DNA of 64,000 bases from positions 1 through 64,000 of the forward strand of contig CAVUXE010000059.1 of NCBI GenBank assembly GCA_963745235.1. Reading direction: 5' to 3'. Below, piece after piece: positions 21,140 through 30,855 of this stretch. The DNA is from an uncultured Spirochaetota bacterium. GTDB taxonomy: Bacteria; Spirochaetota; Spirochaetia; SZUA-6; Fen-1364. The notes below the pieces were generated by a model. It was not told where the DNA came from and searched no databases. It worked only from the letters and a program-made list of their open reading frames with translations. Each line of letters starts with the position of its first letter. Positions within the stretch are counted from its first letter, which is position 1. Made by a program: the position numbers and the translations under genes.

Positions 21140-21907
21140 CTACCGCGTGAGCGCCGCGAGGTTGAACAGGGAGTCCGGCAGCTCTGGCCTGTCCTGGAGG
21201 TTTTCTACGGTCAGGATGGACTCCCGGTCGGGCTGATCGAAAGATACCATGCGTATGACGGTTGGGCGCTCACGACCGGCCATTTCGCGGATTCCCGTGA
21301 ACAGCACGCGCTTGAAGAGGAGGCCCGACTTTGCGTAGTACTCTCCCTTCAGCAGCATGTCATCGCTTGATCGAACCCAGAGGTCCACTTTCGAGTAGGC
21401 GACAGTCTCGTTCCGCGCCGTTCCCTCGAGCACGATTGCGGCCACTTCGCCGAGTGCCGGATGATCGAGAGTCTCCGTCCCCCGCAGGCTCATCGTGTAC
21501 TCGGTCGAATACTGCGGGTCTCCGATATCGCGATTGGAGAAGACGCTTCCCTGGAAGGCCGCTTTTGGGGAGAGCCTGATTGCCTGGCTGGTGCCCGCCT
21601 GCGGATTGAACAGCCAAAGGGCGTCCTCTTTCTGCAGGAAACGGATCCCGCGGGACCGGGGAGGCTCCAGCAGCTCGATGCGTGAGCCGACGTTCCTCTT
21701 GAAGGTCACCACCATCTCCATGCTGAGGGACTGCCTGCCTGATTCCAGGGTCTGGAGGCTTGCCCGCATGACGAAGGCGTCCGGAAAAACGGATCGCTCG
21801 GCCCGACGGATGATCTCATCAGGCAAAAGGGCCTGGGCAGTGAGGAATCGGGGGACAGCGAACCACGCTGTGACCAGGAGAAGGGCAGGGGCGGTGATTC
21901 TTCTCAT
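21140..21907 (-). CDS. Outer-membrane lipoprotein-sorting (LolA-like) protein
   Basis: Signal peptide; P..RG..FL....LWLF.P, FQGSVFS..D, EYYAKSG, P.SLF. Confidence 0.8.
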   Translation of the reverse strand: MRRITAPALLLVTAWFAVPRFLTAQALLPDEIIRRAERSVFPDAFVMRASLQTLESGRQSLSMEMVVTFKRNVGSRIELLEPPRSRGIRFLQKEDALWLFNPQAGTSQAIRLSPKAAFQGSVFSNRDIGDPQYSTEYTMSLRGTETLDHPALGEVAAIVLEGTARNETVAYSKVDLWVRSSDDMLLKGEYYAKSGLLFKRVLFTGIREMAGRERPTVIRMVSFDQPDRESILTVENLQDRPELPDSLFNLAALTR

Positions 21908-22548
21908 TGCCTGGCTTCACGTTTCGGGACGTTCTGGTGCCTGCCCACCGCAGTAGCCCGTCCAATTCCGTTGAGGATCAGTTCCGTTGAAAGCCTCAAC
22001 TGTCCCAGATCCGCAAGCGTGCGATCGAATACCCACAGCAGGATGTTGCCTTCGAAGGCGGCCATCAAGGCGAGGGCGATCTTTCGGGAATCCACCCTGC
22101 GGAACTCTCCTCCTTCAATTCCCTGATCAATGACTTTTTGAATCCCCTCAATGAATCTCCGGAAGAACTCCTGAAAAGCCTCTTTCATGACGCGGTTTCG
22201 AAACGCAAGAGAATAGAACTCGAATGTGATCGGCATCAGTCGCTCCATGCGCTGGATGTCCATGACGATGGATTCGGCAAACCCGATGAGGCGCGTCCGG
22301 GCCGGGCCCGCGGCTTCAGCAAGGACCTCCACGCGCTTGAGCTCCGGCCTGAGCAGGCGCTCCAGGAGCGCCAGGATGATTGCGTCCTTGCTCTTGAAGT
22401 ACCAGTAGAGAAGCCCTTTGCTGAGGCCGGTCTCCAGGACAATGTCATCCATGCGCGCGCCATTGAATCCCTTGTGGGAGAAGACGCGGGCCGCCGCCTC
22501 GACAATTTCGGTCCTGCGCTTCTCGCTGACATCCGGTCGTGGTGCCAT
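21904..22548 (-). CDS. TetR/AcrR family transcriptional regulator
   Basis: IVEAAARVF..KGF..ARMDDIV..TGLSKGLLYWYFKSK HTH; first gene of the ABC operon. Confidence 0.95.
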   Translation of the reverse strand: MAPRPDVSEKRRTEIVEAAARVFSHKGFNGARMDDIVLETGLSKGLLYWYFKSKDAIILALLERLLRPELKRVEVLAEAAGPARTRLIGFAESIVMDIQRMERLMPITFEFYSLAFRNRVMKEAFQEFFRRFIEGIQKVIDQGIEGGEFRRVDSRKIALALMAAFEGNILLWVFDRTLADLGQLRLSTELILNGIGRATAVGRHQNVPKREARQ

Positions 22549-22569
22549 GCGTGCCTCCGGGAACAGATA

Positions 22570-22624
22570 ACTGACCGACTGGTCGGTCAGTCACAAATAT
22601 AGGCCGCGCCGCTCGGGGAGTCAA
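22570..22624 (-). promoter_or_regulatory. Promoter and probable TetR operator
   Basis: TTGACT-N17-TATATT (22624-22596), followed by the inverted repeat ACTGACCGAC-TG-GTCGGTCAGT (22570-22591) at the expected start site. Confidence 0.8.
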
Positions 22625-22666
22625 GGAGCTCCCCTCCAACGTGCGAGGTCGGCGCTCTTCACCCTT

Positions 22667-23512
22667 TCAGGTGAATCCATCCACAAGCGTCTCCAGAGCC
22701 GCCAGGTGACCAATGACGGCATCTGGTTGCGCGGACCCGACTCCGTCCGGCGTCGACTCGTATGACCGACCATCGAGGGCCGCCAGGACTGTCATGAATC
22801 CGGATCTGGTCGCAGGCCCGATATCGTTGCGCGGATCGTTTCCCACCATGACGGTCTCCTCCTCCCGAAGACCGAGCTCATGCAATCTCCGGCGCGCGTG
22901 GTCAAAAAGGGCGGGATCGGGCTTGGCAACTCCGAAGTCGCAGGAGTAGAGGCAAAGGCTGCTCGAGAAGCCGAGGTCCTGAAGGCTGGCGCCCAGGAGG
23001 GCATGCAGGAAGACGGGTGTGTAGAACTGCGCGTTTGAAACGATTCCGTGGGTGAGACCCCGACACGCCAGGGCCTGCAGGAGGCGCCGGCAGCCCGGCA
23101 TTGGCCACGCGGGATGCGTTGCCAGCTCGTACTCCACAATCACCTGCCGGAGATCCTCCGGCGAGCGGTCGGAAAACATCCCGGCCCAGATGCGTTCGAT
23201 CGAAACCTCCGGGTTCGCCCTTCCGGCGGCGCGCAACGCGGCGTGCTCACGCGCAATTGCGGACTGCAGGCCAGCCTCGAGCTCCGCCACGGTGGTGGTC
23301 AGCTCGTACCGTCGTATGAGGGCCTCAAGCTGGCGCCGTTTTGCGGCCGGGCGCGGATGCACCTTACCCACACGCGCGAGAAGCCTTCCATACACGTCGA
23401 AAAGCACTGCGCGCGGCTTTCGCGGAAGCCGTCCGGATTCGATTGTTCGCGGGGGAAGGGGTCGGATGCGTTTCGATCCGCGCTTGACGATCGCGAGCAG
23501 CTCAGGACCCAT
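22667..23512 (-). CDS. HAD-superfamily hydrolase
   Basis: LFDVYG, GIVSNAQ, KPDP, MVGND..ND. Confidence 0.85.
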   Translation of the reverse strand: MGPELLAIVKRGSKRIRPLPPRTIESGRLPRKPRAVLFDVYGRLLARVGKVHPRPAAKRRQLEALIRRYELTTTVAELEAGLQSAIAREHAALRAAGRANPEVSIERIWAGMFSDRSPEDLRQVIVEYELATHPAWPMPGCRRLLQALACRGLTHGIVSNAQFYTPVFLHALLGASLQDLGFSSSLCLYSCDFGVAKPDPALFDHARRRLHELGLREEETVMVGNDPRNDIGPATRSGFMTVLAALDGRSYESTPDGVGSAQPDAVIGHLAALETLVDGFT

Positions 23513-23599
23513 GTGACGGAATGGTACTCGGCTATGGCTCCCGCAAGTATCATTCTGGAAATGATTGTTCGGTCGAAGGAATTCGACAGGGTCTGCTTC

Positions 23600-25090
23600 T
23601 CAGTCGAACAGCAGCCTCGCGTATTGCGCGTGGGCGAAGGCAGCCCGCATCCTTTCCTGGATGTCCGCAGGGGGAGCCGCGGATGCGCCTTCCGATGGCC
23701 CATCAAATGATTCCAGAATCTGATCGACCCGCGAGGCGTACGCCGAGAGGCCGAAGGATTGTTCGACTTCCCGGGTGCGCGCGCGCGGGCGCTCGGCGAG
23801 AAAGGCGTGGAGGCTTTTCGCAAGACCGCCGTTCATGGTCCTCAATGCCGAGCGGAAGTCGGATTGCTCGGCGGCCGCCGCGAGAAGCCGCATCTGCAGC
23901 TGTGGATCGAGATAGGAAAAGTCCACGGCGTCCCCCGCAAGGGCTTCGGAAAGCTCGTTTTCGAGCCTCTCCACGGCTTCTGCAGGCAAGAACCTTCGAA
24001 TACGATGCAGCTTGTCCCGGTATCGAGTCAGAAGAGCCGCTCTTTCAGGAGCATCAAGGGGGCAGGAGAACCCCGCGTAGAAGGAGGCGGGATACCCCTC
24101 GTAGAGTCTGCGTGGCCCTGGAATCGTCTCCAGACGGCGCGCCAGGAGTGGAAGGCCCCACTGAAGGGCCTGAACGAAAAGGTAGCCGAAGCCTTCCTGG
24201 ACTGAGCTGCTGACAACCATGTCGCAGGCCGCGGCCAACTGCCCGACGTTGAGGTCGGACCGACGGATGCCGGTCCCGAGCTCTCCAGGAATGATCCCCG
24301 TGTGAAACGCCCTTTCCACAAGGGCGCTGTACGCCCTCTCGGGCGGGAGACGCCGGGAAGCGTGATGATGAGCCGCAGGGGCAGATCCACCAGATGAAGG
24401 AGCATGGCGGCTTCCAGGACATTCTTCCTTCTGATGGACCGCACAGGATACAGGAGCGTCTGGTGCAGGGGATTCGCATCAGGGAAAAGCAACGAGCGTA
24501 TGGCGCGTCTGTCGTCGCCCCACTCCGTCTGGTCAGCGGAAGGGCCGACCGGATTCTCCAGGAGAAAGAGACGGGACTCAGGCATGCCGGCCCCCTTGAG
24601 CAGCCCAAGGTCCCTGCGATTGATCAACGCATAGCGTACGCGCGGCCCGCTGGGATACAACGGCAAGGTCACGACCCTTTCCAGCGCGGCAAGGTTGGCA
24701 TACCTGCCCGCTTCCGGAAAATCGTGAGGCTGCAGAACCAGGCGAGGCCCGTCTGGCAAGCCGGCCAGGCGGAGGACCACCTCCGTAAGAAGCGGATTCT
24801 TTCCCAGGTGATAATTGTGAATCCACCAGACCGCGTCGTTTCTGCCGAACCGGGCGAGGAGCAAGTCTGCCAGACCCTGCGTCGACGGTCGAACAGATGC
24901 GTAGTCGATCTCGGGAAGGCAATCGATCTCGGCCCGCGCAACGCGCGGCATGTCTTCCGGCACCCTGCCCGCAACCAAGCGTATCCGGGAGACCCGCCGT
25001 GAATGCGCCCGCAGGGCCTCGACGCATTGCCCGGATGACGGAGGTCACGCCCCCCGGCAGGAGGTGGTAATGAAATATCACCAGGTCCAT
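23600..25090 (-). CDS. Glycosyltransferase family 4 protein, possibly MggA-like (frameshifts near 25020-24975 and 24340)
   Basis: MDLVIFHYHLLPGGVTSVI, IHNYHLGKN, HDFPE.GR, YPVRSIRRKN, SVQEGFG across three frames. Confidence 0.7.
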
Positions 25091-25180
25091 CGCTCTAGGA
25101 GGTGTTCCACCCGCTCCCGTGTCAATGCTTGCGCGCCGTTCCCCTTGTCTTCCCGCAGCGCCGCGCCCTACAATGCGCTC

Positions 25181-26389
25181 ATGAAGCGCTGGAGGGACCT
25201 GCTTGCCTCTGTTGGCAGACTTTTCCGAAGGCGGAGTGTGGGAGGGTCGGCCAAAGCCAGTCGTTCCGAGACCGGCCCGTACGTGAATCGCATTGTATCT
25301 GACGCCATTCTTCTCAACGAAATTCCTTCCCCGACGGAGCGCGAGGCCGCCCGAACCCACTATGTGCTTCAGCGTCTCGGTGAGCTCGGATATCCCGAGG
25401 CATCGCTGGATGATTTCGGCAACGTTACAGCGGTGGTGCCGGCGCGCGAAAACACTGAAGAGCACGTCCTCCTGTTTGCTGACATCAGGTGCGAGGACTA
25501 TTCCCCCATCGAGAGCATGACAAGGTTGGAGCCAGACCGGGTCAGGGGGCGGGGGATAGCGGAGACGTCAGTCTCAACTGCAGCCCTCATGGTCCTCGCG
25601 GAGTACCTGGCCCGAAACGAAATCCAGTACGAACGCCCGGTGGTGCTACTCTTCACTTCCTTCGACCCGGGCGAACGGGACACCCAGCCCCTGGAGCACT
25701 TCCTTCAGAGGTGGAAGGACAACGTGCGCTTTGCCGCACACGTGCGCGGTCTTGAGCTGGGTCACGTTGAAGAACGCCCGCTTGGCACCTGCAAGCTCTC
25801 CGTGACGGTCCACGCCGAAGAGCCGGCCGCGGCGGGAAAAGAGCCGGTGGCATCTGCTATCTGGGTTCTTGCCAGCATCGCGAGCAGGCTCGGGAGCATC
25901 CGGTGGGACACGCAGAACAACACGTTCCTGAACATGTCGCGCCTGGAGGCCGGTGTCGGCTTCGGATGGTACGCTTCCGAGGGGGTGCTGGAGCTGGAGG
26001 TCTTTTCGCCGAGTGCAGCCACACTGGATATTGCGCGCAAGGCGGTCGAGGCAACCATTGCAAGCACCGCGCAGGAGACCGGTGCCTCAGTGGACATCGC
26101 GGTCAAGGCGTTTCTTCCCGCCGGCGATGCCCAGATCAATCAGGGTCTTGCGGCCATAGTGAAAGGAGTCTATGAACGGCTTCGCATCAAGGCCCGGCCC
26201 GTGTCTCTCCCCGGTTATGCTTCCTTTCTCAACTCCTTCGGCATCCCCGCAATCACCCTGGGGGTCACCACCGGCGCCAAGACGTATGCTGAGGAGTTCA
26301 TCCACGTTCGTCCCATCGAGGTCGGCTTCCGGCAGCTTCTTGCCTTTCTGGACGACAGCGCGGGGTGGCGTGGGGAGACGCGCTCATGA
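25181..26389 (+). CDS. M20/M28 peptidase-like protein with degenerate metal ligands
   Basis: EIPSPT..E, DDFGNV, V.GRGI, GIPAITLG and E.I match the M20 fold, but the canonical HxD, DD and EE ligands are replaced. Start follows TTGTCT-N18-TACAAT. Confidence 0.6.
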   Translation: MKRWRDLLASVGRLFRRRSVGGSAKASRSETGPYVNRIVSDAILLNEIPSPTEREAARTHYVLQRLGELGYPEASLDDFGNVTAVVPARENTEEHVLLFADIRCEDYSPIESMTRLEPDRVRGRGIAETSVSTAALMVLAEYLARNEIQYERPVVLLFTSFDPGERDTQPLEHFLQRWKDNVRFAAHVRGLELGHVEERPLGTCKLSVTVHAEEPAAAGKEPVASAIWVLASIASRLGSIRWDTQNNTFLNMSRLEAGVGFGWYASEGVLELEVFSPSAATLDIARKAVEATIASTAQETGASVDIAVKAFLPAGDAQINQGLAAIVKGVYERLRIKARPVSLPGYASFLNSFGIPAITLGVTTGAKTYAEEFIHVRPIEVGFRQLLAFLDDSAGWRGETRS

Positions 26390-27369
26390 AGGGGGAGGGG
26401 CGGATTCTCCAAAGCACATTTCATCACAGGGACTTCAAGGACAAGGCGGCGCTGGTGCGCCAGAAGGAGAGCCAGCACCTGAAGGTCTCCCTCGCCTTTC
26501 CCACGCTGAACGAGGAAGCCACCATAGGCAAGGAGGTGCTCGTCCTGAAGACGGAGCTCATGGATCGTTTCCCCCTCCTGGACGAGATTGCAGTCATCGA
26601 CTCGGGTTCGAAGGACCGCACCCGGGAAGCTGCAGTGGACAACGGCGCCCGCGTGTTTTCCTCCGCTGACATCCTCAAGAAATATGGCACCTACCGCGGC
26701 AAGGGGGAGAACCTCTGGAAGAGCCTGTACGTCCTTGCGGGCGATATCATTGTCTGGATCGACGCGGACATCAGCAACATAGCACCGAAGTTCGTGTACG
26801 GGCTGGTTGGGCCGCTCCTGCGGGACCCGCGCATAGCCTACGTGAAAGCGTTCTACGAGCGGCCCTTCCGCGTCGCGGGGGAGCTCATCCCCGCCGGCGG
26901 AGGCAGGGTGACGGAGATACTGGTTCGCCCGCTGTTCTCCCTTTTCTACCCAGAGCTGGCGTGCCTCGTTCAGCCTCTCAGCGGCGAGTACGCGGGAAGG
27001 CGCAGCTTGCTGGAGTGCCTGCCCTTCTCCGTGGGCTACGGAGTCGAGTTAGGGCACCTTGTGGATATCTATCACCAGGCGGGGATCGAGGCCCTGGCGC
27101 AGGTCAACATGGATCGCCGGGTGCACCGTAATCAGCCCCTCACGGCGCTTGGCAGGATGTCCTTCGGCATCCTGCAGACTTTCCTGGGGAGGCTGGAGAA
27201 GTACGGGGAAGCACGAATGCCCCATGAAATGGGCCTCCATCACTTTCTCGTATCCTGCGAGGAAGAAGCTCCCCGTGTCGACAAGGCAGAAATCCTTTCC
27301 ATCGAGCGGCCGCCCATGATGGAAGTGCAGGAATACCTGGACAAGTTCCACCCGGCGCCGAAGGGATGA
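26386..27369 (+). CDS. gpgS: Glucosyl-3-phosphoglycerate synthase (GT81-type)
   Basis: PTLNEEATIG, VIDSGSKD, GKGENLWKS, IDADI, VKAFYERP, GGRVTE, QPLSGEYAG, GYGVE, HRNQPL. Confidence 0.88.
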   Translation: MKGEGRILQSTFHHRDFKDKAALVRQKESQHLKVSLAFPTLNEEATIGKEVLVLKTELMDRFPLLDEIAVIDSGSKDRTREAAVDNGARVFSSADILKKYGTYRGKGENLWKSLYVLAGDIIVWIDADISNIAPKFVYGLVGPLLRDPRIAYVKAFYERPFRVAGELIPAGGGRVTEILVRPLFSLFYPELACLVQPLSGEYAGRRSLLECLPFSVGYGVELGHLVDIYHQAGIEALAQVNMDRRVHRNQPLTALGRMSFGILQTFLGRLEKYGEARMPHEMGLHHFLVSCEEEAPRVDKAEILSIERPPMMEVQEYLDKFHPAPKG

Positions 27370-28557
27370 CGCACATCGCTTCCCTCATCGAGTTCCAGAT
27401 GACCTTTCTCCTCTTCATCGCGCTGGCCGGATACCTTGCTTGCCGCCCGCGTGAACCAGTCCGCGGTCATCGGCGAAATCCTGGTTGGGCTCCTCGTTGG
27501 ACCCAGCGTGCTGGGGATCATTACCTACACTGACTTTGTCAGCAGTATTGCGCACCTGGGAGCCGTGATCCTGCTGTTCGTCGTCGGCCTGGAGTTCCGC
27601 CTGGAGGACATCGCGAAGCCCAGGTACGCGTTGATCGCGGGCTGCGGCGTCGTTGTCCCGTGGATCCTGGGCTATCTTGTCTCTCTTCTCTTCGGTTTTT
27701 CTTTCGGGAGCTCCGTCTTCATAGCAACGGCCCTGACCGCAACGAGCATCGCCATCACCGCGAATGTCCTCAGAGAGACGGGGAAGCTGAAGACGGACGC
27801 CGCGCGGGCGATCATCGGGGCAGCGGTCATTGACGACGTGCTGAGCCTCCTGGTGCTGGCGGTGGGGAACGGTCTCGTCGCGGGAGATATCTCCGCAGTC
27901 ACTCTTGCCGTCGTTTTCGCAAAGGCGGCCGCGTTTCTCGTGGTTGGTGGGCTTGCGGGCCATTTCGGGCTGCGAAAGCTCCTTGCGCTCGTAGATTCAA
28001 CGAGGTTCACGCGCCGTTACCCCGAGGTCACTTTCATCTTCGCAACCATGCTGGCTTTCCTGTACGGGATGGGCGCGGAGCTCATGGGGTTGTCAGCCAT
28101 TGTCGGGGCCTTCATTGCCGGCGCGTCCCTCGCGGGCGTGACCGTCCGCAACGGGAAAGACCTCTCCCGGGGCTCCGAATCCCTGATGGTCATCTTTTCC
28201 TCGATCTTCTTCGTGTCCCTGGGAATCCTGGCAGATGTCAGAACCCTCGACCTGAGGATCCTGGTCTTCCTCCTCGTGCTGACCGCTGTCGCATTCGTCT
28301 CCAAGCTGATCGGCTGCGCCGGAGCCGCGCTCCTGTGCCGCAGCTCGCCGCGGGACGCCGCAATCATCGGCTTCGGCATGGCACCGCGCGGCGAAGTAGC
28401 AATGATCATCGGACTGATCGGCCTTGGCAACGGACTGATCGGCCAGGAGGTGTATGTCACTATCATCCTCATGAGCCTCCTGACGACCATCATCACGCCT
28501 GTTCTTCTGCGCAACTGGCTGTTCGGGCGCGTCGGGGATTCACTCCCGGTCAAATAA
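27366..28557 (+). CDS. Cation:proton antiporter, CPA2/NapA-like (frameshift near 27435)
   Basis: GEILVG..GPS, LFVVGLE, ATSIAIT, AAVIDD, FFVSLG, PRGEV. N-terminus MTHIAS at 27366 lies in a different frame. Confidence 0.9.
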
Positions 28558-28644
28558 CCTCTACGGGAGCCGGAGCGCGAAATTCTACAGCGAAAACATG
28601 GTCCTTCGACGGCGCTTCAGCGAAGGATCAGCTACCATCTTCCT

Positions 28645-29058
28645 GTGGCACAGTTCTATTTTCTTTCCGTTGCGTTGAACCTTGCCGCGAGCTTCGCCCT
28701 CGCGGGCGGGTTCTTCGGCGAGAAGATGCCTCTCCTGAGGTGCTTTGCCGAGCTCACGAGCAGGAAGAGCTCTCGAATAACGATTGGAGTCGCCGCGCTT
28801 GCGGTCGGGATCATCAAGCTGTTCGTCCTGTCTCCCGGTGAGCACATCCTCATCATCGGGGACCTTCTTCCGGCGGTGACGGGGATGGTCATCGGCGCTG
28901 TCCTGCTTGCCGAAGTCAATCCGGGCAGGGTGGAAAAGGCCGGAGAGCCCATTCGCAGGATTTCGGCAACCGCACTGACGTACCGGGTGCCCCTCGCCAT
29001 CGCGGGAATCGTGGTGGCGGTTCTGCATTTCCTTTTCCCGGCCCTGGCTGTTCTTTGA
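28645..29058 (+). CDS. Small four-helix membrane protein (paralogue 1)
   Basis: 137 aa, hydrophobic; colinear with the product of 30403-30816. Confidence 0.8.
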   Translation: MAQFYFLSVALNLAASFALAGGFFGEKMPLLRCFAELTSRKSSRITIGVAALAVGIIKLFVLSPGEHILIIGDLLPAVTGMVIGAVLLAEVNPGRVEKAGEPIRRISATALTYRVPLAIAGIVVAVLHFLFPALAVL

Positions 29059-30380
29059 TGCGTGACACCGAGCGCCACGACAGATCTTTGAACGTCGGGT
29101 TCATTTCGACGCGTTTCAAGGGAACCGATGGCGTCTCCCTGGAGGCCGAGAAATGGGCATCAATCGTGCGGGAGTTCGGGCACAAGGTGTTCCGGTTCGC
29201 CGGCGAGCTCGACCGGGATGCGCAGTCCAGTATGCTCGTGCCGGAGGCGTTTTTTGGCCACCCCGCCGCGGAGGCGCTCACGCGCGCGCTGTTCAGCGCG
29301 CAGAAGCGCAGCCGTCTGCTTACCAACGCGCTGCACAAGCAGAAGGATTTCCTCAAGGACAAGCTCTACGAGTTCATCGACCGCTTCGATATCGACCTGA
29401 TGATCCCCGAGAATGCATTGTCAATCCCGATGCACCTCCCGCTCGGAATGGCGCTTACGGAGCTCATTGCGGAGACAGGGATCCCGACGATTGCCCACCA
29501 CCACGATTTCTCCTGGGAGAGGCCGAAGTTTCTCTCCAACGCGTGCCAGGATATCCTGAACATGGCATTCCCCCCGGGTCTCCCCTCGATCCGGCACGTG
29601 GTCATCAGCACGATAGCGCAGGCGGAGCTGGCGGCTCGACGGAGCGTCGCCGCAAGCGTCGTCTATAACGTGATGGACTTCGAAAAGAAGCCGCCCCGTC
29701 CCAGCGAGTCAGACAGTGAGTTTCGCGCGGCCATGGGGTTTGACAAGGACGACCTGCTGATTCTCCAGCCGACCCGCGTCGTTCAGCACAAAGGCATCGA
29801 ACAGGCCATCTCCCTGATCCGGATGTTGAACCTTCCGAAAGCCCGGCTGATAGTGTCGCACTCGCTCAACGACGAGGGCCCCTCCTATGCCGAATGGCTC
29901 GAAAAATGGGCACGCCGGGAGGGGGTTACCCTGAACTTCATATACGACAGGCTTCAAGAGGACTCCGCGCGAGAAGGATCCGGCACGCAGCTCTATTCGT
30001 TGCGGGACGTGTACCCTCACGCGGATCTTGTCACATATCCGAGCACGTTTGAGGGTTTCGGCAACGCATTCCTGGAGGCCGTCTACTACAGCAAACCGAT
30101 CCTTGTGAATCGCTATCCTGTGTTCATTGTCGATATTGAGTCGAAAGGCTTCGACGTCGTCGCGATGGACGGGTACCTGACAGACTCGGCGCTTGCAAAG
30201 GTCAGGGAGGTGCTGACTGATCCTGAGCGGCGCCGGCGCATGGCGGAGAACAACCTCGCGGTGGCGCGAAAGCATTTTTCCTTTCAGATCCTGCGAAAAG
30301 AGCTGGCCAGCCTGATTTCAAGTTTCTTCGGGATATCCCCGCCCGAAGGCGTCTTCGGTCGGCTGTTCCGGTGGGGATGA
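29058..30380 (+). CDS. Glycosyltransferase family 4, mannosylglucosylglycerate-synthase-like
   Basis: GTDGVSLEAEKW, ENALSIPMH, HHHDFSWER, LQPTRVV..KGIE, YPSTFEGFGNAFLEA. Confidence 0.8.
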   Translation: MRDTERHDRSLNVGFISTRFKGTDGVSLEAEKWASIVREFGHKVFRFAGELDRDAQSSMLVPEAFFGHPAAEALTRALFSAQKRSRLLTNALHKQKDFLKDKLYEFIDRFDIDLMIPENALSIPMHLPLGMALTELIAETGIPTIAHHHDFSWERPKFLSNACQDILNMAFPPGLPSIRHVVISTIAQAELAARRSVAASVVYNVMDFEKKPPRPSESDSEFRAAMGFDKDDLLILQPTRVVQHKGIEQAISLIRMLNLPKARLIVSHSLNDEGPSYAEWLEKWARREGVTLNFIYDRLQEDSAREGSGTQLYSLRDVYPHADLVTYPSTFEGFGNAFLEAVYYSKPILVNRYPVFIVDIESKGFDVVAMDGYLTDSALAKVREVLTDPERRRRMAENNLAVARKHFSFQILRKELASLISSFFGISPPEGVFGRLFRWG

Positions 30381-30402
30381 GATACTCTCAGGAGGTGCAT
30401 TC

Positions 30403-30816
30403 ATGGCGCAGTTTTATCTTCTGTCCGTCCTGTCGAACATGGTCGCGGGGCTGACGCTGGCGGGGGACTACCTGGGAGAAAAGATCCCCTTCCTCGCCTC
30501 GTTCAAAAACCTGCGCGCAAACAGGCCGGCCACGGTGACAATAGCCATCGTGACGGCAATCATCGGGCTCATCAAGCTCATCGTGCTCTCACCGGGCGAG
30601 ACCGTCCCTGTTGTCGGGGACCTTCTGCCCGCCCTTACGGGCATTGGCCTCGGGGGCATTCTCCTCGTGGAGGCGTTCCGGCAGAAGGTCGAAAGCCAGG
30701 GAGAGTCTCTGAAGAAGATCTCAACGGCGGTGCTCACCTATCGTGTTCCTGTCGGGATTGCCGGTGTGGTGATCGCCCTTGTGCACTTTCTGTTTCCCGG
30801 CGTGGTGATTCTCTGA
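30403..30816 (+). CDS. Small four-helix membrane protein (paralogue 2)
   Basis: 137 aa; AGGAGG RBS; shares MAQFY, VLSPGE, GDLLPA, LTYRVP and HFLFP with paralogue 1. Confidence 0.85.
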   Translation: MAQFYLLSVLSNMVAGLTLAGDYLGEKIPFLASFKNLRANRPATVTIAIVTAIIGLIKLIVLSPGETVPVVGDLLPALTGIGLGGILLVEAFRQKVESQGESLKKISTAVLTYRVPVGIAGVVIALVHFLFPGVVIL

Positions 30817-30855
30817 AAGCCGGGGAGGGTGTTCCCACCGCCGCCCCTCGGCAGG

